Shown: positions 51,801 to 64,000 of the stretch, piece by piece
How the letters are laid out: every line of letters begins with the position of its first letter
How positions within the stretch are numbered: position 1 is the stretch's first letter
Source of the DNA: Epiperipatus broadwayi
Taxonomy: Eukaryota > Animalia > Onychophora
Assembly: GCA_028023455.1 (NCBI GenBank)
Contig: JAQFVV010000003.1
Coordinates: forward strand, 19,902,001 to 19,966,000
DNA: 64,000 nucleotides
Reading direction: 5' to 3'
Program-made: the position numbers and the translations under genes
Notes under the pieces: generated by a model
What the model saw: only the letters and a program-made list of their open reading frames with translations
Databases searched by the model: none
Told to the model about the DNA's origin: nothing

Positions 51801-54201
51801 CTAAAAAATGGCACATAATGCTCTTCTGCTCCACATTTCTCTTGCACCACATTATTCTTAATTTGGTCTAGTTATCTGGTTTTTTAAACAAGGATTCCCA
51901 CCAAGCTTGTGCCGCCCCTTGCAAATGGCCACTATCAACATTTTCAGACATCGAATTTACAGTGAAATACCTCTCAAGGCTATTTAAATGGTCCATTGGT
52001 GATTCTCTGGCATGTCCATAGAAAATTTTTAATTTCAAAAAAAGGATTTACTGCATTCGGTACGCTGATCAGATTCTAATTCTATAAATTTTGCATCTCT
52101 TTCACTATTTTCTCATCTACCACCTTTATTAATTCTTCTTTCATTTCTTTAATTTGCACCTTACCTCTTCTTTCACCTCTCTAATCATTTCATTTTTTAA
52201 TTTCTTTCTTGAACTCTCTTATTTTTTTATATCCTCTTTGAATTCAGTTATTAATTCATATAGTAACTTATTTACCAAAGGTTCCATGCCCTCTTAAAAT
52301 TCTTTTTTGCCTTCTGCCATGGTTTGAGTATCTTTACCATCTCTTAGTTTCATATATTTTATTTCTCACCTATATGCAACAATGTCTAACGTATTTTTAT
52401 ATTATAAGATAACCAATAATAAAATAAAATCTTAAAACGACTCTATTTCTCTGTCAAAAAAATAATAAACTCAATACTTTCGTTTATTTCTCTTAAGAAT
52501 GAATATATACGCTGACACCCCCCCCTCTCTTGTCATCTTTTTATCCCCCATCTACATATGCCTTTCCTACATTACCAGATTTGAACAATTTTATTTATAT
52601 CTTTTATTTCTAATTTATTATTATCCAAATCATGCGCTACTATTTAGTTTTTTAAAAAAATCTTTTTAAGTCTCCACAATAGCTTAATTTTACTTTTCTT
52701 TCACATGTAAAACTCTCGTATTTCTTCTCTGGCTCTGGGTTTTGAAACCTCTGGGCTGCCCTTGTACCATTTACAGGTAGATTAGGTGAGTACATTACAC
52801 AGAATAATGTATTACTTAATCAAACTATGTAAGATTTATTCCATTCATATGTGAATTCGGATATTTCTAAAACACAGATACATTTCCTGATTAACCGACC
52901 TAATATTTTATTCTGCATTGAATTGCCAGCATAATCAGCTTTAAGGGGGTACCAGGATCTGTAGAACCATTGATTCACATCTGATGAATTCAAAACAAAT
53001 AACATAATATTTTAGAAAATTTTCTTTGTCACTTAATCTTTTATATTAATTTTCCCAAGGGCTTGACTCTTAACCGAGCATACTGGCATAGGTAATTTAT
53101 GCGTTTCTCAAAACATTTTCACTAATAAAATTTAACAAACTAAAATTAAAACTGTACAATGAAAATGTTCTATTAATGATAAATAATTTATTAAAACAAA
53201 TAAATTAAAAGATTAGATGCTAATTATGAATTATTAACAAAAAGGAAGAAACATACACATATGCATTCAGATAACAATGCTAATCAATTAATTCAAACAG
53301 TTTATATTACAATTTTGTTCTTCAAGTTCTCTAATAAGCCATCTACAGGATAATCCATTGGAGAATAAAAAAAGTAAAGGTCTCTTTATTTGTATTGGAA
53401 GCATATAGTTAGGGTTTAGTTTGGGCACATATTTAATCAGACACAAATTACTGTATAACTAATATCTTACCGATAAGTTCCTCAGGCTTATGTGGATCAT
53501 TGATTATTGTATCATGCATAGTCTGTTCATGAAAGGCTCCATAGTATTTAATTTCGATTTTATTCTGGTGACATTTTCACATTTCTAATCCATACTAAAA
53601 TAGATCTAGAACTCTAAGCTTTTGGATGACTTGTTCATGAGAGATGTCAGCGAGCACTCTGGTTTAACTCACTCGATGAATTGGTTCAGCATATTAGTAG
53701 TCCTGGATGGAGGCACTTTATTGTGGCTTTTTAGAAAAAAAAACAGCAATTGGCCCCCCTTGTCCTTTCACTTTAGTTGCCGCTTCTTTTATATCATGAC
53801 CAGTTGAAATCTTTCAGCATATTATATTTTCATTTTTTGTTTTCTTATCAGATTACACTCTTTTGCTTTCTGGCTACAAAGCTCTTTTTCTATAAATTCC
53901 TTCAGTACCATATTTAATTAATGGTAAAAGATTACTACTCTGATTGTAATCATTTGCATTTAGAAATTCTTTCTTTTGTTTATCTGGATTAATTTCTAAT
54001 TCCTTCCAATTTTAACTTTATCTTAATCAAATAGATAATATGAAACACACAAACAATTTCATTGTATGTATATAAAAATAGATTATACCAACAAAAAAAA
54101 AAAAAAAGGAAAACTAAATTGTGCTTATTGAACTATTTCTAATTTATATTTTTCCACTTTTCTGCAGTTAAATATAATCAAATGCCAACCCTCTTGTACC
54201 A
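48879..54201 (-). mobile_element. Internally deleted Ty3/Gypsy LTR retrotransposon with long paired LTRs
   Basis: Direct repeats 48879-50717 and 52763-54201 (TGTAC..TTTACAGGTAGATTAGG ... ATGCCAACCCTCTTGTACCA), by eye about 80-85% identical; flanked by TATAT on both sides; the internal minus strand encodes a gag remnant (HLNSLERYF...HLQGAAQAWWES; FFRKLVMQLQ...IIQQNFP). Confidence 0.85.
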
Positions 54202-54208
54202 TATATAT

Positions 54209-56120
54209 TGTACCGGGTTCAAATATGGGACATTCGAAACACCGGTCTCTTAGGCAGAGAAGAACATACTTGGAAAGTATGTATGTCCAAACGATAGCAA
54301 TAATATATATAACTAGCATCACATTTCCAGGACATAACTTCTTCTCAACTGTTGAGTTCAACACCAAGTTCAAAGCACTTTTTTGTTTTGTGTAAACACG
54401 GGTGCCAGCTATTTATTCAGAAGAATAAACAACGCACTTTGAACAATGGCCACTAACTCAACACCTAAGTTATACCCATAGACTAGCTCAGCTACTTGTA
54501 ATTAATAACAAGTTATACATAATTAATGGAGAAAAGAATTGATGGAAAGAATTGATGAAAAGATTGGTAAAAAAATTGTAAGAGAGATTGGTAAAAAGAA
54601 TTGATCGACAAATAAAGTTTAAGTTTTAAAGACCATTTATTTTAATTAACATTTACTAATTTTAAACATTTTATAAATCTAATATAACACACGCACATTT
54701 TAAATTAACACACTATAATATATCTTATGAGAAAGCATAAATAATATTTGATGTTTATAAAATCATATAGCATTCACAAACACGCACATCAATAGTTCAT
54801 TTTATGCATGCTTATAGAGTTCAAATTACTTGTCTCTGGAGGCTTTACGAATTAATGCGATGGCTACTATAGAAATAAGAATATGAAATATTATTACCTA
54901 GGATTTTGAATGTGGATGTAGAACTTTGTTTTCTTTGGTTACTGCTTTAGGTCAGAATATTTCCAGCCAGCTGGGACGTTTCCTTGAGGAGTTTCATTAT
55001 TATTCACTTTTATTATTATTGGAGACAATTAGATATTAACAAAGATTCTTCAAGCTGTTACGCAGACATTATTTTCACGGTCAGGTTTTGCTGTTTCACT
55101 GGACTAAGGGCTGAAGTAAGATCGTATGTTCCCAAAAGCTGCTCAGCACTGCATTTTTGTTTCTGGATACATAATAAACTGAACTGTTATCTGAACTGAC
55201 TGAATGATTGTCCTTACTGACTGTCCGATAAAAAATTGGCTATTTATACCTGTGACGCGTTGTCCTTTTAATATCTTCCGGCAATATCTGTTGTCGAAAT
55301 TCCTTTGATAATCTCATGTTTTTGAAGATCGTTTAATTAGTAGTAGCCATCACAAATGTGTTGTTTTATATCTTTAATTAGTAGCCACCGCTGTGTTTTA
55401 AATATATTTTCTTTTTAACTTTCATTTATATTTTTAATATTATTTTAACACGCACATATACACGCATTTATCATTTCTTTGTTTACTCTCGCACATATAT
55501 AATTTTATTCTAAAATCAAAACTAGTTTTAAGATTACCTTTTTTTCTTTAATTTAAATAAAGGAGATTTATATTTCAAACTTGAAATCAACCTTTAATTT
55601 TACATAATTATGAATTAAGCGTTTCGAGCGGCATTTTTGTTTTAGCGCGAAAACGGTGCCATCCAGTGGGATATGGGGGCTCTTCGACGAATACCGTATT
55701 TTTTCCAATTCTTGTTCTTTCATTTTCTTAACATTAATGTTATTAAAGCAAATTTAATAGCTCCTTAATTATTTGAATTTTAGATAATTTTTTCTTTAAT
55801 GATATTATCGCCAAAATAGGTTCATATCTGAATCTCATTTACTTTTTTTGTTGATTTTTGTTCATTTTTAAGAGTTACTGTTATTTGTAAACTTTAAATC
55901 ATTTTGAATATAAACATAAATATATTGCAAGATCATAATTGAAATATAATAATTGTACTCCATCAGTGATAATCAGATTAAAAAAAAAAAAACAACAAGA
56001 TCTGCACATCAAACCAGTTTGTCTATTCTTTTGCACTATAAATATTAATATTTACTTCTTTTAGTAATCAATAAACTTTTTTCTCCTCATTTCATTTTTA
56101 CACTTGGTAAAGTATTCCAA
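54209..56120. mobile_element. LTR-like non-coding element inserted in the TA run next to the Gypsy element
   Basis: ATATATAT|TGTACCGGG start; internal short repeats (GAAAAGAATTGAT, about 54530-54605); CpG-richer than flanks; right end uncertain. Confidence 0.4.
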
Positions 56121-56769
56121 CATATCTTTTAAAAATGCAAGACCAAGGCTGCTTCGTGCAGGTTGTGTAGGACACTAAGGCACTTCATCACAGGGGCACC
56201 AAGACAATTAATAAAATTTATATGTACATAAAAATGTTTACATTTTCAAATCATTTCAAGAAATATTTTATTTAAATATGAGAGAAATACTTCCATTTAC
56301 TTAAAATTATTGATAATTCAAGGCCAGAGCTCAAAATACACTACAAATAAACTCTTATTAATAAATTGTATCAAACAGGCTGATGCCATTTTGTCACTTA
56401 TATATAAATGTTTAGATTTTTTAATCAGCTTTATTGTTAGAAATACAGTCTGATTGTAATTACTTAAATATGAGGAATACTTCTTTACTTGTACCTATTG
56501 TGACAATTTCAGGAGCTTTGAAACATATTTCATGTATATTCTACCACTGTACAAAACCAAAGAGACTGATACCGTTTTATCACTATAATTAATAAAATTT
56601 ATATGTAAATGAAAATGTTTAGATTCCCAATCACTTTTATTTAAATATCGTAATTTATATAAAAAATATTGTTATAATTAATAATTTATTTAAAGATAAA
56701 ACTTATATTGCCTCATAAATTATGTTTACCATTGATATTTTATAGTTTAAATATCTTATTCAGTTTAGA

Positions 56770-56835
56770 GTAATGATAGAGTGGCTGACTTTGGAAGATG
56801 AGGTCTTAGGATCGATTCCGAAGCTATCTTGTGCA
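56770..56835 (+). mobile_element. tRNA-derived SINE head fragment
   Basis: TAGAGTGGCTGACTTTGGAAGATGAGGTCTTAGGATCGATTCCG has A-box-like and B-box-like (GGATCGATTCC versus GGTTCGANNCC) motifs at tRNA-like spacing; no full cloverleaf. Confidence 0.4.
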
Positions 56836-56859
56836 AAACTTTTTTAATAATAATATTAT

Positions 56860-57260
56860 CTTTCTCTTTTTTTTTATTATGCTGTATTGTCTTTTTACAG
56901 GTTTTACTAAATAGTTTGGATGTTGAAGAGTTGGAGTGGATTGAAGCCTGTCCATTAAAGTATGAAGATTGGCTATCTTAATATATATCTGAGCACTTAT
57001 TGCTTATATGTGTAAGAAGTGATAATCTGGACCAACTGATGATTGCTGGTTTATCATGAAATATGTATATTGGTGATTATTTATCTTGTTGACATATATG
57101 TGTACAAGTGTATCAGTGTTATGAGATAGAGTGGTGAATAGTGGGTCATGTGAAAGTCTGTGCTCATATACCCTATATATTATAAATAGTTTTTCCTATT
57201 TTTAATAAAAATATTATCTTTTTTATATGTGCCATATTATCTTTTTACACATTTTACTAT
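56860..57260 (+). mobile_element. Penelope pLTR-like unit with short direct terminal repeats and a hammerhead motif
   Basis: TATTGTCTTTTTACAGGTTTTACTA (about 56885) is repeated as TATTATCTTTTTACACATTTTACTA (about 57235); contains the 57031-57074 motif and GGTCATGTGA, also seen near 1290 and 19227. Confidence 0.5.
57031..57074 (+). ncRNA. Minimal type I hammerhead ribozyme motif (best preserved in the window)
   Basis: ACCAA-CTGATGA-TTGCTGGTTTATCAT-GAAA-TATGT-ATA-TTGGT: perfect 5-bp stem I (ACCAA/TTGGT), both catalytic boxes, short stem III, AUA triplet; stem II lacks the canonical G10.1-C11.1 pair. Confidence 0.6.
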
Positions 57261-59001
57261 CCCGGTTTTTTTGGGATGTGGATTCGGATTTGTACTCTAG
57301 TAAAAAACTTGTAATTGGTCCACAATCCACACTATGATCCATATCTAAGGAAAACAGAAAAAAAAAAACAATTTTTAAAAATATATTATTGCACACCAAA
57401 ATATATAATTCTTAACAAATTTCATGGTAACAATATTATTTAATGCAATTCTCTTGATTATAATAAAACTCCTTCATAAGGAATGTAGTATTGACAAAGT
57501 CTAAAAAATGTTTCTAGTGGAACAAACCAAATGTTTGATTTTTTTTTTTTTTAGTTATCTAACATAACTTATAAACAAACAAGTACAAGGTGTTTGATTG
57601 CTTCTAAAAATGTATTAAATAAACAATTTAAATATACAAAAATTAATTCTTCTCTTAAATAAATCCTGGCCAAATCCCTAATTGTCAAACCATATAACAA
57701 AGTATAATATATATAATAGTTGTAATAAGCATTAAAAAATAAAATAATATAGCAGTGTAAATATTTTATTATTGAATGAAAACAAATGAAATTACTTTTG
57801 TTAATAGAAAACCTAAACAAGTTACATGTGTGAGAGGTTCTAAATTAAAATAAATTAATCTGTAATGGATTTTTAAAATAAAGAACTTTTTAACAAGTTG
57901 CTGTTAATGGAATAAAAGAGCCATATCTGATATATTTTAAAATTGATCTAGTTGGGTGATCCTAATGAAATATAAAAGTTATATATATATATATAAATAA
58001 TGTAGATATAAAAATTTAAAATATCAGTCTATATATAATAAATTATAGTTATTAATAGTAGAATAACATGTACATAAAATTTAAATAATAGTGTAAATAT
58101 CTTATTATCAAAAGAGTATATTATTATTGATAGAAAACGTGAATAAGTTTACACATGAGAGATTTTCAATGGGTTTTCAAACAAACAAGACCGATTTTTA
58201 ATAAATTATTGACCTGCCAGTTAAAGTTGATCTAAATATTGGTTCAAAAAGAATACTGGAGCTAAACCAGAATCTCTTTTCTCCTTGCTATGCAGGTTGG
58301 AGTTCTGAGGAAAAGCATTCCAAAGAATCATAATCTAACTGTAGATAATATTTTTAATAATCAAGTAGGCAAGTAAACTAGTTACTTATGCAATATCAAA
58401 GCCAACCCAAGTTGAGGAAGTAGCACAATGTTTTCATGGGAACATGTGTGAGTAGTGGATCTTTTAAATATTTGCAAGTATTTTCTCTGTCTACTAACAA
58501 TTTTGTATGATTGTCCAAAAAACAATATGAAAGCTTTTGGAAGAAAAATTAAATTTTTCTTATTTTCTGAATAAATATTTTTGTTTTAAGGTGTTATTTA
58601 ATTACTGTTTCAAAAATTATTTTTTTATGCATTTATTTGATTTACTTTAGTATGTGTTTTATTCTCTGGGTTTATTTTATAGAAATAAATGAATAAAACA
58701 CATAAGGTATTTACTGAATAAAATAAATAACTAATGCCATAATTTCAAGTTTTTCTTTTGAAAGTGTTTAGGAAAAATGTCTTATAAAGGGGGGGGGGGA
58801 GATGCTCAAATTTACTTTGCACAAAGGTGTCTCTTATACTCACTCATTCAGCAACCCTGTGCAAGTCTAAATTCATTTTCTATTTTGCTTTATAATTTTA
58901 ATAAATAATCTTTTTATATTTAACTGTTTTCATATTGTTAATATTAACCTTTTAATTTGCCTTTTCTATTCTTTTCCAAATCTATTGTTAAAAAATAAAT
59001 A

Positions 59002-62000
59002 TGTCATATCTTGCCTTCAAATAATGGAGTTGTTCAAAATATATCTCATCTAGATCGGAATGAGCACTCATCATTATGAGACTAAGCATATACAGCAAGA
59101 AAACACATAGCCAATTGAAAGAACAGACCAATAGGTGATGATGCTCACTGAATACAAAGTCTCTATTAAGAATAGAATAAAAGGTCAAGCCTTTTGAAGT
59201 TGAGTCAGAGAACAACTGTCATGAAACTGAAAAGCAGAATCCACATTTTAGAGAAAACTACTGTAATCTGAATGGCAATATTCATACATGTTCTGCAGAG
59301 AACTACTATCACAGCTAGAAAACAGAATCTACATTCTCCACACAATAGCAGTTAAGCTAAATGGCTGATGCAGTGAGGCAAGTCAATAGTCAGGGCTAGA
59401 GACTGATGGAATCATAGCAAGAAGTACCACCACATCTACTAATGAAGCAGGCTGTCACAGGATAGCTGAAAATGGCAGGAAACATATAAGGGCATATGCA
59501 ATCCCTTCTTCCATAGTTCATCCTAGAACTAGGAACTATATCTTGCCAATGGTAGCAGGCAGTATAAAACGTGTTTACAAGTATTTGTGTTTATATATAA
59601 TCGAGACAAATGTAAGTTTGGTGCAGTTGATTCCCTAAGGCTGGGAAAAAAGTTTTAAACAACAAAGTCTTGCCTCCGCGGGTTCTTCGATTTTGAAATT
59701 AATCAACAAAATTAACTGCTAATGTTATTGGCGTGTCAATAAAAAAAATTTTTTAATCAAACATGGTGGTTACTCTCATGTCATAAAAGTATAATTTTTT
59801 TCTCTCTTATGGCATAAAGAGGGAAAAATAAATGGGTAAAATTTGCTTAATTGAAGAACTCAATCCAGTCTAACCAAAAAAAATTGGCCAAGCTATAAAG
59901 ATCAAGTACTCTTCTACTTACAGGCTAATCAAATTAAAAAGCCTGACTTAAAATTAGCCATCCTCATCTCAGTTATTGGATCTCAGACTTACAAAATTTT
60001 CCAAGACCAAGTAACCCTTGTGATTACAGCTGATCTTGGATTTTGATAAAACATTGCCTCTACTAAATAATTTTTTCAGCCCAATATCTCTAATGATAAT
60101 GCAGAGATACTATTTCAATCTCTATACACAAGGAAGGGAAAAGAGAAGCAGAGATGTTGTTATAAAAATAAGAAAACTAGCTTTAAAATGCAATTTCAAA
60201 GACTTCCACCTCGAAGCTCTGCAAGATTATTTTATAGGTGACAAGAAGGACTACAACCTCAAGGTCAAACTCCTAATGGGCCCTAACATAACATTTGATT
60301 CCACTATCTCTCAAGTGATTCTAGAAGAACAACAGCTAGTCAAGCAAGTCCATTGAAGAAAATGAACATGACATTCAAACCATTGATCAGGAAACTGATT
60401 TAAACAAACACCCAGCTGACAATAAAAATCACTGTTTGTATAAATAGGCAACAATGAATAAAAAAACTGTTATAGATATGATCAACCAATATATACACAC
60501 ACCAAATGTCCATACCAGTATACAAAGTATACATAATGCAAGCATGTTGGTCATACAAAAGTTGCTTGTTTCAATAAAAAAAAAAACAAGGTGCTTTTAA
60601 ATGCAGAATTCTTATTAATGATACTCCAGTAACAATGGAACTGGATATCGAATCTGCTGTGTCCACTGTATCAAAAAAATACACAGGCTATCATTAATAA
60701 AAAATAAAAAAAATCAACTGAATCATAACAGCAAAACAATTATTGATTACCAGGCAATCAAGTAGCATCCTTGGACAGCACAAGAGTAAAAGTTACAATA
60801 ACCAATAAAACCAGATAACTGCCTCTTATTGTATCTGCTGGTAAGCAAAATAATTTATTAGGATGTAAACTGGTTCTATCCAGAAGTAATTGTTGATAAT
60901 CTGCCTTTGAATCCTAAAATTAAATATGAAACTAAAAATGCAGAAAACCACATAGAGGCTTACAACCTATGCCATACGTTTAAGAGAACTATCAAATTGG
61001 TTCCAGAAGTTGTGATCAAAGTTAAATGATTACAAACAGTGTAGTTAAAACAGATGATGGACAGCAACATCAAACATTGGAATAGACTAAGTTTAAACTA
61101 CACATCATGAATCATAAGCAAAGCCTCATCAGATGAAAAAATCAATCTAACAGTGATGAGTCACCAGCTAGTAGTGCTGAAGCTACAGTTTATGATCTAC
61201 AAATGATGACACTGGACCTGATGATACCACAAAACGAAGATGACATCTATCAATGCGTCTGCATGACTACTTTCCAGGAGCTAATTTTAGCATTTGGGGT
61301 AGGGGGGATATCATATCTCACCTTGCCTTCAAATAATGAAGTAGTCCAGATTCTATCTTATCTAGATCAGATTCAGCATTCATCACTATGAACCTATGCG
61401 TATACAAATAGATAACGAAGAGCCAATGGTAAGACCCGGTTAATAAGCAATGATGCTTGTTGAATCCAAATGTTTGCATTAAGGATACAAATGTGGCAAG
61501 TCACTGAAGATAGAGAACAACTGAAACAAAGCTCAACAGGCAAGAATTTACGTTCTATAGACAACTACTGTCATATAGCTGAATGGTAGTATTAACATTC
61601 TCTATACATGTTCCACATAGAACTACTATCACAGAGCTAAAAGATAGAATCTACGTTCATCATATAATAGCAGTTAAGTGGTTGATACAGCAAGGCAAAC
61701 CATGTTCAGAACTGGAAGCTATTAGAACCAAACATCGATACAAGGCAAACTGTTAAGTACAGCTGGAAGTGTCACCAGACCTATTTATAAGGTAAACTCA
61801 CAATATAGCTAGAAGTGGTAGAAAATATATAAGGGTCAGTCCCTTCCATAGTTCACCCTAGAAATAGGAGCTATAACTCACCAATAGTAGCAGGCAGAGG
61901 GTAGCCAGTGTAAATATTATGTAAATATGCAAATGTATATTTCTTTTCATATTTCATTAATAAATACAGTATAAAATATATTTACACATATATGTGTTTA

Positions 62001-62030
62001 AGTTGTATTATGTAAACACTCATGTACATG
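59002..62030 (+). mobile_element. Internally deleted Ty3/Gypsy LTR retrotransposon (gag-protease, integrase tail)
   Basis: 5' LTR 59002 to about 59608 (TGTCATATC...), PBS-like TGGTGCAG at 59619, gag remnant (NWPSYKDQVLFYLQAN...AILISVIGSQTYK; ORF 60036-60356), degenerate zinc knuckles and protease-like TMELD, PPT GGGGTAGGGGGGA just before the 3' LTR at 61309 to about 62030. Confidence 0.88.
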
Positions 62031-62629
62031 CTTATTTCCGAGTCAGTACTCTCTAATAAATGTATATTAGTAAGGTCATTTAGAAAGCATTAGCTTTAAA
62101 TAAAAAATATAAAAAAATCCCTAACTAGACATAGCAATTAAAAAAATAAATATTTCACATACATATATAAAATAAAAGTAAACCTATTGTTTAATAACCA
62201 TAGAAACTAACCAGGACTTGAACTTTAGAACTTGAAGATGATCTAGGTCAAGCATCTCCAAGCAACCCATTGTTCAAAAGATAAAAATTTATGATTCAAT
62301 TACTTAATTGAAAACATTAACTAACTCAATTATTAATACATATAACCTCATAAAGAAAAAACAAAACAAAACACGTAGTACATTTTCTGAGGATTCGAAG
62401 ATCAGAATCGCTAAAAAAGATGATTGACTAGGTCAAAGAAATTATTCATTTACATATCTCTTTGTCAATAAGAAATTCATCTATAAGATCACACATTTAT
62501 ACCCAAGGGAGTTTTATATTAGTCAGTAACCCATTCAGGAGAAAATAAACATTATTAATTGTTAAAATTATAAAAGAATAGCAACACATTGTTCGAATAT
62601 TATCAAAAGAGTAATTTTGTGCATGTTAA

Positions 62630-62820
62630 CATATATATATTGCAGAAACGCATTTTAAAGTTTTTAACATTAAATAATTTATAAGCAAGAACTTATTAGA
62701 AGAATAACTTTGCATCTGTTAATATATATTGCAGAACTACATTTTAAAAGCTTTTTAACAACTGTTAGCACATATATATCGCAGAACTGCATTTTAAAGC
62801 TTTTTAACATTAAACAATTT
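62630..62820. repeat. Short diverged tandem repeat (three copies)
   Basis: ATATATAT(T/C)GCAGAA(A/C)..CATTTTAAA(A)G(C)TTTTTAACA recurs near 62633, 62723 and 62772. Confidence 0.75.
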
Positions 62821-64000
62821 ATAAGCAAGAATATTTGAGTTATTTAAAGGCTATTCCAATGTTTTTCAGCTAAACAACTTGTTGTTGGAGATCTTGCGGA
62901 GATGCTTATCAGAAGATGTAAATATTAATTCATCCATCAAATGCTCGATGCCAAAATTCTATAAAATGAGATTCTACTTTATTCTACTATATCAGCTTGC
63001 AGAGAATGGAAAGGATGCTACAAAAGGGCAGCACTTTACGAAACCTAATCGAGAGCACTCACTCTACCAATGCCTGAATTCCAGGAGGAATATGAATCTA
63101 CAAGATCACGAGACTTTGTTGTGAGGTATAAAAACATTTTATAGGACATGCTCAAAACAAAAGTGCTGTTCAAACCGTCCAAATGGACTGTCTGAATTCT
63201 AAACTTTATCCCTGAACAAGGGGAAGTATATGCCTAATTTAGATCGGTTTTACTTATCAAATCACGAAATGAAAAGGGAGATTTCAACTCATGGAGTGAA
63301 CAAATAATTTTATTTGAAATTAATAAAATTTAGGTTTCCCTTTCGAAACAAGCTTGACAGATTATCCAAATTAATATGGGAGTTAAGAATTTACTTTACC
63401 CACATTAAGAACACTCACTATGTAAAAGACAGAATTGTTTGTTAATTTGTTATACTAATTAATTAACCCTTTTTTTTTTTTTTTCGATATGAAAGCTAAT
63501 CTTTTTGAATGTATGTGCTTTACTGTCAACAGTAGATTATTAATATACTGGGGTTTCTTTTCCAAAAAAGATGGACTTTGTCAATTCGAACGAACTGCAC
63601 GGACACCACTCATTATACTACTGTTTGGGTTTAAATTTAAGCTTATTAGAATTTTTATGTTAAATTTTAATAAACTTATAAATATTTAAGTGTCAATGAT
63701 GTATACCTAACAGGGATAGAAAGAGGATGGTTTGAATTATTAATTATCTTATTAAATGTTAAAGATGCATGTCTGGCACTTATTAAATTGCTGTTAAGAT
63801 TCCAGTTTGAATAGTTCTTAATATTTCTTTGTTAAAATAAAATATGTTAAACTATTTTGAAACTTTAAAAAGTCTGATTTATCAAAACCATTCTATTTTA
63901 GGATAACCGTATATTGTTTAAATTACATACATACATACATACATACATATTTTTTTTCTCTGATTTATCAAAATCATTCTATTTTAGCATAATTACATAT

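Larger units (their letters stand above)
56144..58859. mobile_element. hAT-superfamily non-autonomous/decayed transposon carrying nested insertions
   Basis: Imperfect TIRs CAAGGCTGCT (left) and CAGGGTTGCT (reverse complement of the right end); 8-bp TSD TGCAAGAC (56136-56143) / TGCAAGTC (58860-58867), 7 of 8 matching. Confidence 0.7.

Noticed and set aside
4498-63689. Most remaining 60-115-aa ORFs in the six-frame track
   Set aside because: They are F/L/I/K/N-rich products of AT-rich DNA or antisense shadows of TE coding regions, with no domain motifs.

Overview
Very AT-rich (roughly 25-30% GC by eye) eukaryotic, invertebrate-animal-like intronic/intergenic DNA that is mostly decayed transposable elements; I found no intact protein-coding gene and only one convincing orphan exon (2269-2332, minus strand). 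Recognisable elements: a near full-length but frameshifted L1/Tx1-clade LINE (about 25970-32240, minus), two internally deleted Ty3/Gypsy LTR retrotransposons with paired LTRs (48879-54201, 59002-62030), mariner remnants, a Merlin (IS1016/ISXO2-like) deletion derivative with TIRs and an 8-bp TSD (23090-25197), a hAT-type element with an 8-bp TSD (56144-58859), Penelope-like (GIY-YIG) fragments and several diverged non-coding LTR-like elements that start TGTA[A/C]C[A/G]GT. The most distinctive pattern is several minimal type I hammerhead-ribozyme-like motifs (mostly degenerate) from at least three repeat families, repeatedly arranged as tandem monomers or long foldback palindromes (1043-1257, 6980-8045, 12540-13790, 14881-15295, 45361-45840; best single motif 57031-57074). 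All calls come from manual reading; no database search, alignment or folding program was run, and many boundaries are approximate.
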